From the NCBI GenBank assembly GCA_949285425.1, contig CASEAJ010000046.1:4250-68249 (forward strand): a DNA stretch of 64,000 bases, given 5' to 3'. Position 1 is the stretch's first letter, and each line of letters begins with the position of its first letter. Position numbers and translations under genes: made by a program. Below the pieces are notes generated by a model. The model was not told where the DNA came from, did not search any database, and saw only the letters and a list, made by a program, of their open reading frames with translations. Below, piece after piece: positions 30,656-41,337 of the stretch. The DNA comes from an uncultured Porphyromonadaceae bacterium. Its GTDB lineage: Bacteria; Bacteroidota; Bacteroidia; Bacteroidales; Paludibacteraceae.

Positions 30656-31234
30656 ATGATTTATTCCGAACAGAATCACCCCGTACAACAGAAGCGTGGC
30701 AGCATTGAGGTTATTTGCGGTTCCATGTTCTCAGGAAAAACGGAGGAACTGATACGACGGATGAAAAGGGCACAATTTGCCAAACAACGGGTTGAAATAT
30801 TCAAACCCCAGATAGACACCCGGTATTCGGAAAACGAAGTGGTGTCGCACGACCGGACTTCCATACGTTCAACCCCTGTCGACTCTTCTGGAAGCATTTT
30901 GCTGATGACCGGCGATGTGGATGTGGTAGGAATAGACGAAGCACAATTCTTTGATGACGGACTGCCGGATGTATGCACCCAACTCGCCAACCAGGGTATA
31001 CGGGTTATTGTTGCGGGACTTGACATGGACTTCCGGGGGGTACCTTTCGGTCCTATGCCTGCTTTATGTGCCATTGCCGAAGATGTGTACAAGGTACATG
31101 CCATCTGTGTACGTTGCGGTGGACTGGCCTATGTGTCTCATCGCCTGGTAGACGATGAAAAACGGGTTTTACTCGGTGAAACCGGAGAGTACGAGCCCAT
31201 TTGCCGCGACTGTTACAACAAATTAAAGCACTGA
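30656..31234 (+). CDS. tdk: Thymidine kinase
   Basis: [32 protein letters not shown] zinc site. Confidence 0.97.
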   Translation: MIYSEQNHPVQQKRGSIEVICGSMFSGKTEELIRRMKRAQFAKQRVEIFKPQIDTRYSENEVVSHDRTSIRSTPVDSSGSILLMTGDVDVVGIDEAQFFDDGLPDVCTQLANQGIRVIVAGLDMDFRGVPFGPMPALCAIAEDVYKVHAICVRCGGLAYVSHRLVDDEKRVLLGETGEYEPICRDCYNKLKH

Positions 31235-31300
31235 TGCTCCTATTAGCCAGCTTACAAGGCTTGAAAAAGACAATCAACAAACCTAAACACACTAAAAAGC

Positions 31301-32446
31301 ATGCACCCGAAACCTTATACATTCGACCGCGTTGTCCGTATGCTGATCGGACTTGCCGTACTTGTTATTCTGGCACTCCTGATTAACAAACTAAGTACCG
31401 TATTACTTCCATTTGCCATCGGTTGGCTGTTGGCTTATCTGTTTTACCCGATTATCCTTTTTTTCCAGAACAAGTTGAAAATAAAAAGCAGGGCATTGTC
31501 CATTCTGTGTACAATTCTGTTTTTATTGCTAATCATCGGAGGAATTGTTTCTTTCGTAATACCGCTCATCATCAAGGAAGTTGACAAGTTCTCACAACTT
31601 ATCACACTTTACACCCACAATTTTAATGTTGACAATTTTCTGCCGGTCGCCTGGCAGACCAGGATTCGGGACTTTTTTGCCCAACTGGATTTAACATCCA
31701 TTTTAAACGATCCCAATGCCACAGACTTTCTTAAAAGCCTGGCCCCCAAACTATGGAAAATCGTGAACAGTTCATTGAGTTTCATTTTGGGTATCGTGGC
31801 TTTTGTCATTGTATTCCTGTACTTCATATTCATATTACTTGACTATGAAAAAATAAATGCAGGTTTCATTAATGCCATTCCTGCAAAATACCGCACATTG
31901 GTCATGGAAATCAGCTACGACATAAAAAACGGCATGAACAAGTATTTCCGTGGACAGGCACTCATTGCCTTGATTGACGGAGTCTTGTTTGCCATCGGTT
32001 TTTATATTGTGGGACTGCCTATGGGGGTGGTATTGGGATTGTTCATGGGACTGTTGAACCTGATTCCCTACCTGCAAGCACTCGGATACGTTCCTGCCAT
32101 GTTATTGGGACTGCTACAAGCCTCGGAAACAGGAGACAGCTATTGGAAAATACTATTGGGCATCCTGATTGTCATTGTTGCCGTCCAAGTGCTCGAACAA
32201 ATGATACTCACCCCAAAGATTATGGGAAAAGCCACAGGACTGAACCCAGCCATTATCTTATTGTCACTCTCTGTCTGGGGTACTTTACTGGGCTTACTGG
32301 GCATGATTATCGCCTTGCCGGCGACAACGCTTATCATTTCTTACTACAAACGCTTTGTACTTAACGAAGAACCCTTAAAAGAAGAAGAAGAAATCAAACC
32401 TATAGAGCCCCAACAACCAGCAAACGAAGAAACAACCGACATGTGA
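31301..32446 (+). CDS. AI-2E family transporter
   Basis: YFRGQ, LIPYL, PKIMG..GLNP, GLLGMIIALP. Confidence 0.9.
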   Translation: MHPKPYTFDRVVRMLIGLAVLVILALLINKLSTVLLPFAIGWLLAYLFYPIILFFQNKLKIKSRALSILCTILFLLLIIGGIVSFVIPLIIKEVDKFSQLITLYTHNFNVDNFLPVAWQTRIRDFFAQLDLTSILNDPNATDFLKSLAPKLWKIVNSSLSFILGIVAFVIVFLYFIFILLDYEKINAGFINAIPAKYRTLVMEISYDIKNGMNKYFRGQALIALIDGVLFAIGFYIVGLPMGVVLGLFMGLLNLIPYLQALGYVPAMLLGLLQASETGDSYWKILLGILIVIVAVQVLEQMILTPKIMGKATGLNPAIILLSLSVWGTLLGLLGMIIALPATTLIISYYKRFVLNEEPLKEEEEIKPIEPQQPANEETTDM

Positions 32447-32468
32447 GAACGCATCCACAAGCCGGTTA

Positions 32469-33062
32469 TCAGCACTTCAATGAATACACATTAAAAACTA
32501 CATGGTTTTTCTTTAACAGCGTGAAAGGGACTGCTACACCTATGGTTTCCCAACGAGTACCATCGGTTGCACGATTGTGTGCTTGAATAAGAAATACCTT
32601 TACATTATCATTGCCTGACACGAAGCGTTTTTCTACAACCAACTTTTCAGAAGCGTACAGTTCTGCATACCACTGTGAAGGTATGGCAGGAAACAAAGTC
32701 TGCTGACAAAACGTCTTCAAACTTTTATGTTCAATAAGATACACGGCATCCGGCATGAAATAAGCCAATACATCGGGAGAACCCGTATGCATCCAACCTG
32801 GTTTATCCGGATATTTACTGAATACCTCGATATATAAATCGCCAAAGTTTTCTTCCCGAAACTTTTCAGACACGTGGCAGGTTGTCCCGTCCAGCAAAGT
32901 TAATGTCAGGTCTACATCTCTACGTTGCCAGTCCATGTCATATTCGGTGTCCGCATCATAGCGCACGATATCTGACACGGGCAAATGGTCCCGATAAAAA
33001 TCATCGGCAAATGCCGCTTTGGCCCGTTCACAACGCAAACTGTTCTCAAAATTATGCAACAT
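32469..33062 (-). CDS. Hypothetical protein, possible PD-(D/E)xK restriction-nuclease-like fold
   Basis: Q..DVD...SEK.R....D...E......GW pattern; 20 nt downstream of ispE. Confidence 0.6.
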   Translation of the reverse strand: MLHNFENSLRCERAKAAFADDFYRDHLPVSDIVRYDADTEYDMDWQRRDVDLTLTLLDGTTCHVSEKFREENFGDLYIEVFSKYPDKPGWMHTGSPDVLAYFMPDAVYLIEHKSLKTFCQQTLFPAIPSQWYAELYASEKLVVEKRFVSGNDNVKVFLIQAHNRATDGTRWETIGVAVPFTLLKKNHVVFNVYSLKC

Positions 33063-33082
33063 AAACCTGATATTCCTTTCCC

Positions 33083-33910
33083 CTACTTCTCCATGTAGCC
33101 ACCAGCCAAGAAATAACGTTTAAAGCCTTGTATGGTTTCTTCCAAAGGCGGCGTTTCAAAAATGCCATAAACAGCAGACCCGGAACCCGACATGGAAGCA
33201 TACAATGCTCCTGCTGAGTATAGACCGGCCTTTATTTCGGCTATTTCCGGATAAAGTGCAAACACCGATTCCTCAAAATCATTCTTTACCACACCTCTCC
33301 ATTCTTGAACAGGCAAAGACAACAAATCAACCAAGGAGCGTTCCGATTTCCAGGGGACAACCCTGGAATATGCTTCGGGGGTTGACACATGAATATCAGG
33401 TTTTACCAACAACAGAAAATAGCCTTTCAAAGAGAGTTTGATAGGTGAAAACACATTGCCTATGCCCGAAGCAAACACCGGCTTATTGCGCACAAAAACC
33501 GGACAGTCGGCACCCAAACTTACAGCCAACTGTTCCAACTTCCGGGGAGACAACTTCAGAGCGAACAGTTCATTCAATGCTTTCAACATGAATGCCGCAT
33601 CAGATGACCCCCCCCCAAAACCGGCACCAAACGGGATCCGTTTTTCCAGCGATATATCCACCGGAGGCACTCCATACTCGTGCTGCAACAAGCGGTAAGC
33701 CTTTACTACCAGATTATCCTCCGGATTACCGTCCACAGAAATACCTCCGGCCGAGAAACTGTAGTCCGAACACATAACAGATGGCTCTACACTCAACACA
33801 TCGTGCAAACCTATGGGATAGAAAACAGTTTCTATGTTATGATATCCATCCGGACGTCTTTCTACGACATTGAGCCCGATATTTATTTTCGCATTCGGAT
33901 AAAGAATCAT
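33083..33910 (-). CDS. ispE: 4-diphosphocytidyl-2-C-methyl-D-erythritol kinase
   Basis: NAKINIGL, KRIPFGAGFGGGSSDAA, LGADCP, NDFE, MSGSGS. Confidence 0.97.
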   Translation of the reverse strand: MILYPNAKINIGLNVVERRPDGYHNIETVFYPIGLHDVLSVEPSVMCSDYSFSAGGISVDGNPEDNLVVKAYRLLQHEYGVPPVDISLEKRIPFGAGFGGGSSDAAFMLKALNELFALKLSPRKLEQLAVSLGADCPVFVRNKPVFASGIGNVFSPIKLSLKGYFLLLVKPDIHVSTPEAYSRVVPWKSERSLVDLLSLPVQEWRGVVKNDFEESVFALYPEIAEIKAGLYSAGALYASMSGSGSAVYGIFETPPLEETIQGFKRYFLAGGYMEK

Positions 33911-33936
33911 ATGCTTCTATCTGTTATTTATAGTTC

Positions 33937-35778
33937 TCATTCCACCGTTACCGATTTGGCCAGGTTGCGTGGCTGATCCACATCACAACCCTTCACCACG
34001 GCAATGTGGTAGGCCAGCAATTGCAATGGTACCACTGCAAGTAAAGGCACCAGACATTCTTCCGTATCGGGGATGCTGATGGAATAATCGGACAAAGCAG
34101 TCACCACTTCATCACCTTCCGTAACCACCGATATAATCCGGCCTTTCCGCGCCTTTATTTCCTGGATGTTGCTGACTACCTTTTCATACATTCCGGCACT
34201 CGGCGCTATTACCACAACCGGCATTTCCTGACTGATGAGTGCAATGGGACCATGCTTCATTTCTGCCGCTGGATAACCTTCGGCATGGATATATGATATT
34301 TCCTTCAATTTCAAAGCCCCTTCCATTGCCACCGGATAATTGTAACCCCGTCCCAAATAAATGAAGTTCTGGGCATAGGTAAAGGTCTTGGCAAACTCAG
34401 CTATCACGTCATTCTGTTTCAGAATATGTTCTATTTTATCAGGCACATGGGCCAGTTCACGGACAATTTTCAGGTAATGTTCCTCGCTCAAAGTACCTTT
34501 TTCCCTGCCTATGAGCAGTGCCAGCATGGTGAGCACCGTAACCTGTGCCGTAAAGGCCTTGGTGGAAGCCACTCCTATTTCCGGTCCTACGTGAGTATAA
34601 GAGCCCGAATGCGTGTTGCGAGGTATGGACGAACCTACCACGTTGCAAATGCCGTAAATAAATGCACCATGCCGTTTGGCAAGTTCTACCGCCGCCAACG
34701 TGTCGGCCGTTTCGCCCGACTGGGAAATGGCTATCACCACATCATCCTTGTTTATAACCGGCTTACGGTAGCGGAACTCCGATGAGTACTCCACTTCCAC
34801 CGGAATGCGGGCAAACTCCTCTATGGCATACATACCTATCAAGCCAGCATGCCATGACGTGCCGCAGGCAGTGATGATGATACGTTTGGCATTCAGGAAC
34901 TTTTCCTTGTGGTCGATAAAGCCTGAAAGTGTCAGGTTGTTCTCTTCGACGTTAATACGTCCCCGCATGCTGTCGCGTAACGTGTTGGGCTGTTCAAAAA
35001 TCTCCTTTATCATGAAATGCGGGTATCCGCCCTTTTCCAGCTGGCTGAGCGTCAGCTCCAGACGCTTCACTTCCGGAGTCTTTTCTATGTTGCTGATGGT
35101 TTTTATTTTCAAATCGCTTCCACGGCGTATCGTCACTATTTCTTCATCGCCCACATACACCACCTTGTCTGTAAATTCGACAATCGGAGTGGCATCCGAA
35201 GCCAGGAAGTATTCTTCATCGCCAATGCCAATGACCAGCGGACTTCCCTTGCGAGCCGCTACCATAATGTCGGGACGGCCTTTTTCCACCACCGCTATGG
35301 CGTAGGCTCCCACCACTTGGTTCAATGCCAGTTGCACTGCCGTAGGCAGGTCTACCCTATCCTTTTCCTTGAAATACTCTATCAGCTGCACCAACACTTC
35401 CGTGTCCGTTTCGCTGCGGAATGTGAAGCCGTGTTCCTTCAACGATTCTTTCAACACAGCATAATTCTCAATGATGCCGTTATGTATCAAAGCCAGTTTT
35501 TCTGACTGAGAATAGTGCGGATGGGCATTAATCTGGTTCGGCTCGCCGTGTGTGGCCCAACGCGTGTGCGCAATGCCGACCGTTCCGCTCACATCCTGCC
35601 CTTCGGCAAAACGTTCAAGGTCGGCCACCTTGCCTTTAACTTTATATATGTTCAGCTTGTCATCATGCAACAAAGCGACCCCCGCACTGTCATAGCCGCG
35701 ATATTCAAGCCGCTTCAAACCTTTTATCAGAATGGGATAAGCTTCGCGCTTGCCCATGTAAGCCACAATTCCACACAT
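33937..35778 (-). CDS. glmS: Glutamine--fructose-6-phosphate aminotransferase
   Basis: MCGIV, HTRWATHG, SQSGETADT, PRNLAKSVTVE. Confidence 0.98.
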   Translation of the reverse strand: MCGIVAYMGKREAYPILIKGLKRLEYRGYDSAGVALLHDDKLNIYKVKGKVADLERFAEGQDVSGTVGIAHTRWATHGEPNQINAHPHYSQSEKLALIHNGIIENYAVLKESLKEHGFTFRSETDTEVLVQLIEYFKEKDRVDLPTAVQLALNQVVGAYAIAVVEKGRPDIMVAARKGSPLVIGIGDEEYFLASDATPIVEFTDKVVYVGDEEIVTIRRGSDLKIKTISNIEKTPEVKRLELTLSQLEKGGYPHFMIKEIFEQPNTLRDSMRGRINVEENNLTLSGFIDHKEKFLNAKRIIITACGTSWHAGLIGMYAIEEFARIPVEVEYSSEFRYRKPVINKDDVVIAISQSGETADTLAAVELAKRHGAFIYGICNVVGSSIPRNTHSGSYTHVGPEIGVASTKAFTAQVTVLTMLALLIGREKGTLSEEHYLKIVRELAHVPDKIEHILKQNDVIAEFAKTFTYAQNFIYLGRGYNYPVAMEGALKLKEISYIHAEGYPAAEMKHGPIALISQEMPVVVIAPSAGMYEKVVSNIQEIKARKGRIISVVTEGDEVVTALSDYSISIPDTEECLVPLLAVVPLQLLAYHIAVVKGCDVDQPRNLAKSVTVE

Positions 35779-35843
35779 AATTACATTAATTTTATATTCT
35801 GTTTTCTATTCATTCTTTCAAGAAATTGAAGTCTGCCTCCGCT

Positions 35844-36497
35844 TCAGAAGGCCGTTTTCAGATACTGCTCCACCTTTTCCATGAACAAGGCTATATGTGC
35901 TCCATCGACAAACGAATGGTTCACCGACAAGCCAAGCGGCATGAACATCCGTCCATCTCGGCACACGGCTTTTCCCGCATTCATCAGCGGGTAATCCATT
36001 GTATGCCCCACGGCCATCTGCGTATAAGTGACGGAGGTGAAGTAAAGTTTCGGTGTCGCACTGAGCAGAAACACGTCAAAATCGCCCTGTTCCATCACCT
36101 GCTTGTCGGTGCCGTAAGGGTCGCCATCGGCCGGAATGGAGTGCATGATGCGGTGTGCTTCTTCATAAAAGGCGGCAAAATCCTCCCGATAGGGTATGCG
36201 CACGGTGTAGAACGTTTTCCCGGGAACGGCTACGGGCGTCAGCACATCGACCGTGTCGTGCAATACGACACGTCCTTGCTTATCGATGCGGTAACGGAAC
36301 TCCTTCACTTCGTTCACCGCCCGCAACACGGCGTACAAATAATGCAGGAAAAACGACCGGCCTTCCGTTTTCGAGGTTTCATAGGCCACGGTGCAGTCCA
36401 CCTCACTGGTCAAGGCAATCCAAGGATTGGCAAAGGAACGGAAATACAAATAATTGTCACGCCGTTCCCAAGTATCTATATCTATGACATGTTTCAT
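35844..36497 (-). CDS. CatA-like O-acetyltransferase (chloramphenicol acetyltransferase family)
   Basis: [12 protein letters not shown] start; [16 protein letters not shown] with catalytic HxxxD. Confidence 0.85.
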   Translation of the reverse strand: MKHVIDIDTWERRDNYLYFRSFANPWIALTSEVDCTVAYETSKTEGRSFFLHYLYAVLRAVNEVKEFRYRIDKQGRVVLHDTVDVLTPVAVPGKTFYTVRIPYREDFAAFYEEAHRIMHSIPADGDPYGTDKQVMEQGDFDVFLLSATPKLYFTSVTYTQMAVGHTMDYPLMNAGKAVCRDGRMFMPLGLSVNHSFVDGAHIALFMEKVEQYLKTAF

Positions 36498-36683
36498 AAT
36501 CGGGACAAAAATAGTGAAAGGTGAGTGGAGAAACAAATGAAAACGCAGTTTTCAATTTTGTTTCTTCCGAATCGCCTCCTGTTTTATCTAAAAACACAAA
36601 TAATTGACAAATACGCACAAAATACACACGCTACATTCCAAAATGAAACATCCGATTGCGCCTCTGAATGAAGCGGTCGGAAC

Positions 36684-36925
36684 GGGTCGGACAAGTCAGT
36701 GCGACGAGTTGCCCAACTCGCATGGGCGAGTTGGGCAACTTATGTCGGCGAGTTGAGCAACTCAAGAAGCCGAGTTGGGCAAGTCAGGAGGCTGAGTTGG
36801 GCAAGTCAGGAGGCTGAGTTGGGCAAGTCAGCCTGCCGAGTTGGTGAAGTCAGCTCGCTGAGTTGGTGAAGTCAGCTCGCTGAGTTGGTGAAGTCAGCCA
36901 ACTAAGTTGGGCAAGTCATAAGCAT
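36684..36925. repeat. 11 x 22-bp tandem array, family C
   Basis: GAGTTG-NN-CAA(C/G)TC cores at 36706, 36728, ... 36882, plus degenerate end units at 36684 and 36904. Confidence 0.95.
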
Positions 36926-37002
36926 AGGATGCGGTTATCGACCGTTGAAGTCACCTGTTTTCCTCCGATGAATACGGACAAAAACGGGCTCCAAAATACC
37001 TG

Positions 37003-40000
37003 TCAGGCAGTCTGCACAACCGTTTCACGGTGCTTTATTTCCTCCTGCGCATTGCGTATCATAAAATGCAGCCGGTTGAACACATTCGCCTCGGCCATGT
37101 TGCTGTCAAAGTCAAGGAAAAGCAGGTTCAAGGTCGGATAGAGTTCCTTGGCCCGTTTTTCAATGCCTTTCGATATGACCTGGTTGGCAATGCAACCGAA
37201 TGGCTGCAGGCTGACCACATTGTTCACTCCCATGCGCACAAAGTGAGCGAACTCGCCCGCTATGCCCCAGCCTTCGCCGAACTGTGCGTTCAGACTGATG
37301 ATGTCGGAAGCATGCCGTGCCATCACGTGAGGACTTTCCACCCGGTCAATGAACGGGAATGCCGCCGCGTGGTCCTCCATTTTGTGAATCATCTTGAACA
37401 CGAACTTTTCCGCCAAATCCACAAACGGCTGTGCCAGGCGGGAGGTTGTATCCACCCGCCCCCTTTCCCGAGCCACACGACTGGCGAAGAAAGAGGTGAA
37501 GAAGTTGCTTAAGGGAGGCACCACGGGCTCGACACCCTGGCTTATCAGCCAGTTGACAATGTTGCCATGGCCGAAATTGTTGTATTTTACGAAAATTTCT
37601 CCCACAATGCCGATGCGAGGAATGTGTCGTCCGTTGTTTACCCGCATGAAATCATCGGCGGCCCTTTCGGCCAAAGCGTAGAAGGCTTTCGTGTCGGCAC
37701 GTTGCAAGGCCTCGGCACCCAGACGTATGTATTTCTCCTTCAGACGGACAGCAGCTCCCTCCTTCAGCTCACGGGGAGCCGTTGCATAATACATTTGCGA
37801 CAGGCAGTCGGCATAAGCCATACAGGCAATGATTGGACGGATGATACGGCCCCATTTCACCTTGAAACCGGGCTGTTCGTTGATGGTGCCCGATGCAGTG
37901 GAAACCGTTATGACGGGCACATCGTCAAAACCGGCGGCTATCATCGCCTTCTTCAACAGCGTGACATAGTTGGTGGCACGGCACTGTCCTCCGGTCTGTG
38001 TAAGTCCCAACGCCACTTGCCGGCGGTCATATTTACCACTGTCCAACGCCTTCATGAAGTCGCCAACCACCAACGTAGCCGGATAGCATATTTCGTTGTT
38101 GGAGTACTTCAAACCATACTCTGCCGATGACATGTCGCTTGGAGGCAAATTCTCGGCCTTATAGCCCAGCAGTCCGAAAGCCGCCGGCAGGAAAGGCGAA
38201 TAAAAGTCGGCAAACCAAGGCATCAATATGGTGCGATGACGGTCCTCGGGAAGAAAAGGCTTCGTCTGTACCGGCCTGCGGTCCTTGCACGGCTCCTGTT
38301 CGCGACGGAACTTCAGGCTTTCTATCAGCGAACGGATACGCAGACGGGTGGAACCTATGTTGTTTATGTCGTCAATTTTCAGGAAAGTGGCATTTCGTCC
38401 GTTTCGTCTCATAATGTCAGCCACTTCATCGATAATGAATGCATCGGGTCCGCAACCGAAAGAGGTCAATTCTACATAGTGGATAAACTCCGGTGCCTTG
38501 GCCGCCCAAAGGGCCGCTTTCAATATGCGATTGGTGTAGGCCCACTGCATGATGCTTTGCACTTGGGTTGAGTCGGGCTCTGCGTCACGCACCACATCTT
38601 CTGTTATCACATCAGCCCCGAATCCGGCCACCACATCAGCTATCTTGTGTTGTATTAACGGGTCACTGTGATACGGACGCCCGGCCAACAGCACAACCAA
38701 ACGGCCTTGGCGACGGGCTTCATCCAACACCGACCGGCATCGCTCGTTCATGAATCTCGCATAGGCATCCTGCGCCTCAAGTCCTTTGGCAAATGCCCGG
38801 TCTATCATCTGCTTGTCAATGCCCGGCAAAATAGAGCGAAGGTATTCGGCACAAGCCTTTTTCATCAATTTCTCATCCTTGAAGGAGAAAGTGGGCGAAT
38901 CGAACGGAACACCATAACGGCCTTGCGGATCAACGGCACTGCGAATCACCTCGGAATATCCCGTCACAATCGGACAGTTGTAACTGTTCACCGTGCCAAC
39001 ATTCTCTTTCCTTTCATGCACAACGAAAGGCATGAAAATGCGGTCCACCCTCTTTTCTATCAAATTGAATATATGTCCGTTGGCCAGCTTGGCGGGAAAG
39101 CATATGTTATCGGCCATCACCGTTGCAATACCCTTCTCATAAAGCTTCATGGTCGATGGGTCAGACAGCACGACCTCTATGCCACACTCCGAAAACAAGG
39201 CATGCCAGAAAGGATAGTCCTCATACATGCCCAATGCTCTCGGAATGCCTATACGCATTCTTCCGTTTATTATCGCCGGACGGTCAAACAGCAAACGGAA
39301 CTTCTCTTCGTACATATTAATGCCCTTTGCCACCTTCGTCCCTGCGTTGCTGAACACCTTTTCACACTTGTTGCCCGAATAGTAACGGTTACCATTTTCA
39401 AAGCGGAACTGCGTCACCGTACACTGGTTCTCACAACCTTTACACACAGTCATTCTCGATGTGTACTGCTGCGGACATACCATATCACTCAAATCCACTT
39501 CCCTATTCAATCCGTTCGCAGCACGGTCTTTGGCAAAAAGAGCTGCTCCATAAGCCCCCATCAGTTCCGGATAGTCCGTCACCATGACATGCTTGCCCAA
39601 TTCGTTTTCCAATGCACGGATGACAGCCAAGTTTCGGAATGTTCCTCCTTGCACCATAATGTGCTCACCCAATTCGGAGGTATCTTTCAACTTCAACACC
39701 TTATTCAAACAATTCTTTATGACAGAATATCCCAAACCGGCCGATATATCTGGCACAACGGCACCTTCGCGTAACGACTGCTTCACCTTCGAATTCATGA
39801 ACACCGTACAACGAGTTCCCAAATCGCAAGGCTGTTGAGAAAGAAAAGCTATTTCCGAAAACTCCTGCGGAGTATAATTTAACGAGCGGGCAAAAGTTTC
39901 TATGAACGAACCACACCCCGAAGAACAAGCCTCGTTTATTTCCAGCCGCTTGATCACTCCGTTTTCTATGAACGTGGCTTTCATGTCCTGCCCACCGATA

Positions 40001-41274
40001 TCCAAAATAAAACTGACCTGGGGATTGAAGTGATAGGCTGCCGTATAGTGAGCAATGGTTTCAACCATCCCTGCATCGAGCGAAAATGCGTTTTTCAACA
40101 AATCTTCCCCATATCCTGTCACACAACTGCCCATTACCTTAAGATTTCTTCCTGCTTGTCGTACTTCTTCGTACAATTTGGACAACCCCACAGTTGCTGT
40201 TTCCAAAGAATTGCCCTTGTTCTTGTCGTAAAAACGGAAAAAGACACGTCCTTCCGCATCGGTAGCAACAATCTTTGTCGTTGTCGAGCCACTGTCTATG
40301 CCGACAAAACAAGTATCATCAGTCATGTGTTCCATATCCACATGAGGCAAAACAAACTTCTTCTTTTCTGCCTCCCACAATACACGTTCATCCTTACTAC
40401 GGAACAAAGGTTGCAAACGGCTTTTCGCATAAACCCATTTCTTTTCTCCCGTCCGTCTTATACAATCGACAAACTCCGACAAAGACTTTCCTTCCAACTG
40501 TTCTTTCGCATGAACGGCAGCTCCCCAAGCCGGAATGACTTCCGCGTATTCTGACAAATAAAAACTGCTTTCCGCCAAACCCGACTGTTTCATAAAAGCT
40601 ACCCGCAAAGCGGGAATAAACGTAAACGGACCGCCACACAAAAAAACTTTCGGCAATATATCATAACCTCGGGCCAAAGATGTAATCACCTGCATGCTTA
40701 CCGCATGAAAAATTGAAGCGGCTATATCCTCACGACTCACATTGCGTGCCAACAGATTTTGTACATCCGTCTTGGAGAACACTCCGCAACGTGAAGCTAT
40801 GGGATAAATGGTTTTGGCCTTTTTTGCCAAATCTCCCAGTTCAGCCACATCTACATTCAATATGGTAGCCATTTGATCAATGAACGACCCTGTTCCACCA
40901 GCACAATTTCCATTCATGCGGATGTCCGGCGACATTCCATCACGGAAAAATATCATTTTTGCATCTTCCCCTCCAATATCTACCAATGTCTTTATTTCCG
41001 GGAATTTTTTCAATACAAGTTCACACGCAGCAACCACCTCCTGCACAAAAGGAATACCTGCCCGTTCGGCAATACCCATACCAGCAGACCCTGTGACTGA
41101 CATACACACAGCCACATCTCCAATCTTTTCCTGCAAACTGCCGAGCAAAGAAACAGCTGTGCCGTTTATATCTGCAAAATGACGACGATACTCCTTGAAT
41201 AAAACCGTTCCCTCTTCATTTGTCGCTACTACCTTCACCGTGGTAGAACCGGCATCCAAACCAACATAAACCAT
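37003..41274 (-). CDS. Fused 2-hydroxyacyl-CoA dehydratase activase (two BadF/BcrA ATPase domains) + DUF2229/dehydratase-like domains
   Basis: GLDAGSTT / GIDSGSTT, DIGGED / DIGGQD, CAGGTG..RCGVF and CSSGCG..RCTVF, CKGCENQC, CFPAK, SFGCGPD, CYPA, QPFGC. Confidence 0.9.
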   Translation of the reverse strand: MVYVGLDAGSTTVKVVATNEEGTVLFKEYRRHFADINGTAVSLLGSLQEKIGDVAVCMSVTGSAGMGIAERAGIPFVQEVVAACELVLKKFPEIKTLVDIGGEDAKMIFFRDGMSPDIRMNGNCAGGTGSFIDQMATILNVDVAELGDLAKKAKTIYPIASRCGVFSKTDVQNLLARNVSREDIAASIFHAVSMQVITSLARGYDILPKVFLCGGPFTFIPALRVAFMKQSGLAESSFYLSEYAEVIPAWGAAVHAKEQLEGKSLSEFVDCIRRTGEKKWVYAKSRLQPLFRSKDERVLWEAEKKKFVLPHVDMEHMTDDTCFVGIDSGSTTTKIVATDAEGRVFFRFYDKNKGNSLETATVGLSKLYEEVRQAGRNLKVMGSCVTGYGEDLLKNAFSLDAGMVETIAHYTAAYHFNPQVSFILDIGGQDMKATFIENGVIKRLEINEACSSGCGSFIETFARSLNYTPQEFSEIAFLSQQPCDLGTRCTVFMNSKVKQSLREGAVVPDISAGLGYSVIKNCLNKVLKLKDTSELGEHIMVQGGTFRNLAVIRALENELGKHVMVTDYPELMGAYGAALFAKDRAANGLNREVDLSDMVCPQQYTSRMTVCKGCENQCTVTQFRFENGNRYYSGNKCEKVFSNAGTKVAKGINMYEEKFRLLFDRPAIINGRMRIGIPRALGMYEDYPFWHALFSECGIEVVLSDPSTMKLYEKGIATVMADNICFPAKLANGHIFNLIEKRVDRIFMPFVVHERKENVGTVNSYNCPIVTGYSEVIRSAVDPQGRYGVPFDSPTFSFKDEKLMKKACAEYLRSILPGIDKQMIDRAFAKGLEAQDAYARFMNERCRSVLDEARRQGRLVVLLAGRPYHSDPLIQHKIADVVAGFGADVITEDVVRDAEPDSTQVQSIMQWAYTNRILKAALWAAKAPEFIHYVELTSFGCGPDAFIIDEVADIMRRNGRNATFLKIDDINNIGSTRLRIRSLIESLKFRREQEPCKDRRPVQTKPFLPEDRHRTILMPWFADFYSPFLPAAFGLLGYKAENLPPSDMSSAEYGLKYSNNEICYPATLVVGDFMKALDSGKYDRRQVALGLTQTGGQCRATNYVTLLKKAMIAAGFDDVPVITVSTASGTINEQPGFKVKWGRIIRPIIACMAYADCLSQMYYATAPRELKEGAAVRLKEKYIRLGAEALQRADTKAFYALAERAADDFMRVNNGRHIPRIGIVGEIFVKYNNFGHGNIVNWLISQGVEPVVPPLSNFFTSFFASRVARERGRVDTTSRLAQPFVDLAEKFVFKMIHKMEDHAAAFPFIDRVESPHVMARHASDIISLNAQFGEGWGIAGEFAHFVRMGVNNVVSLQPFGCIANQVISKGIEKRAKELYPTLNLLFLDFDSNMAEANVFNRLHFMIRNAQEEIKHRETVVQTA

Positions 41275-41337
41275 CTTTCTTTTTTACTATACCTTTTATG
41301 TAACACTTGAAACAAACATTGACCGTTTGTCAAATCA

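Noticed and set aside
35779-35843. glmS ribozyme
   Set aside because: Only ~65 nt of AT-rich spacer precede glmS, with no room or structure for it.
36684-36925. CRISPR array (also considered for the other tandem arrays)
   Set aside because: Period is only 22-23 bp, linkers are <=8 nt and often repeated, and there are no cas genes.
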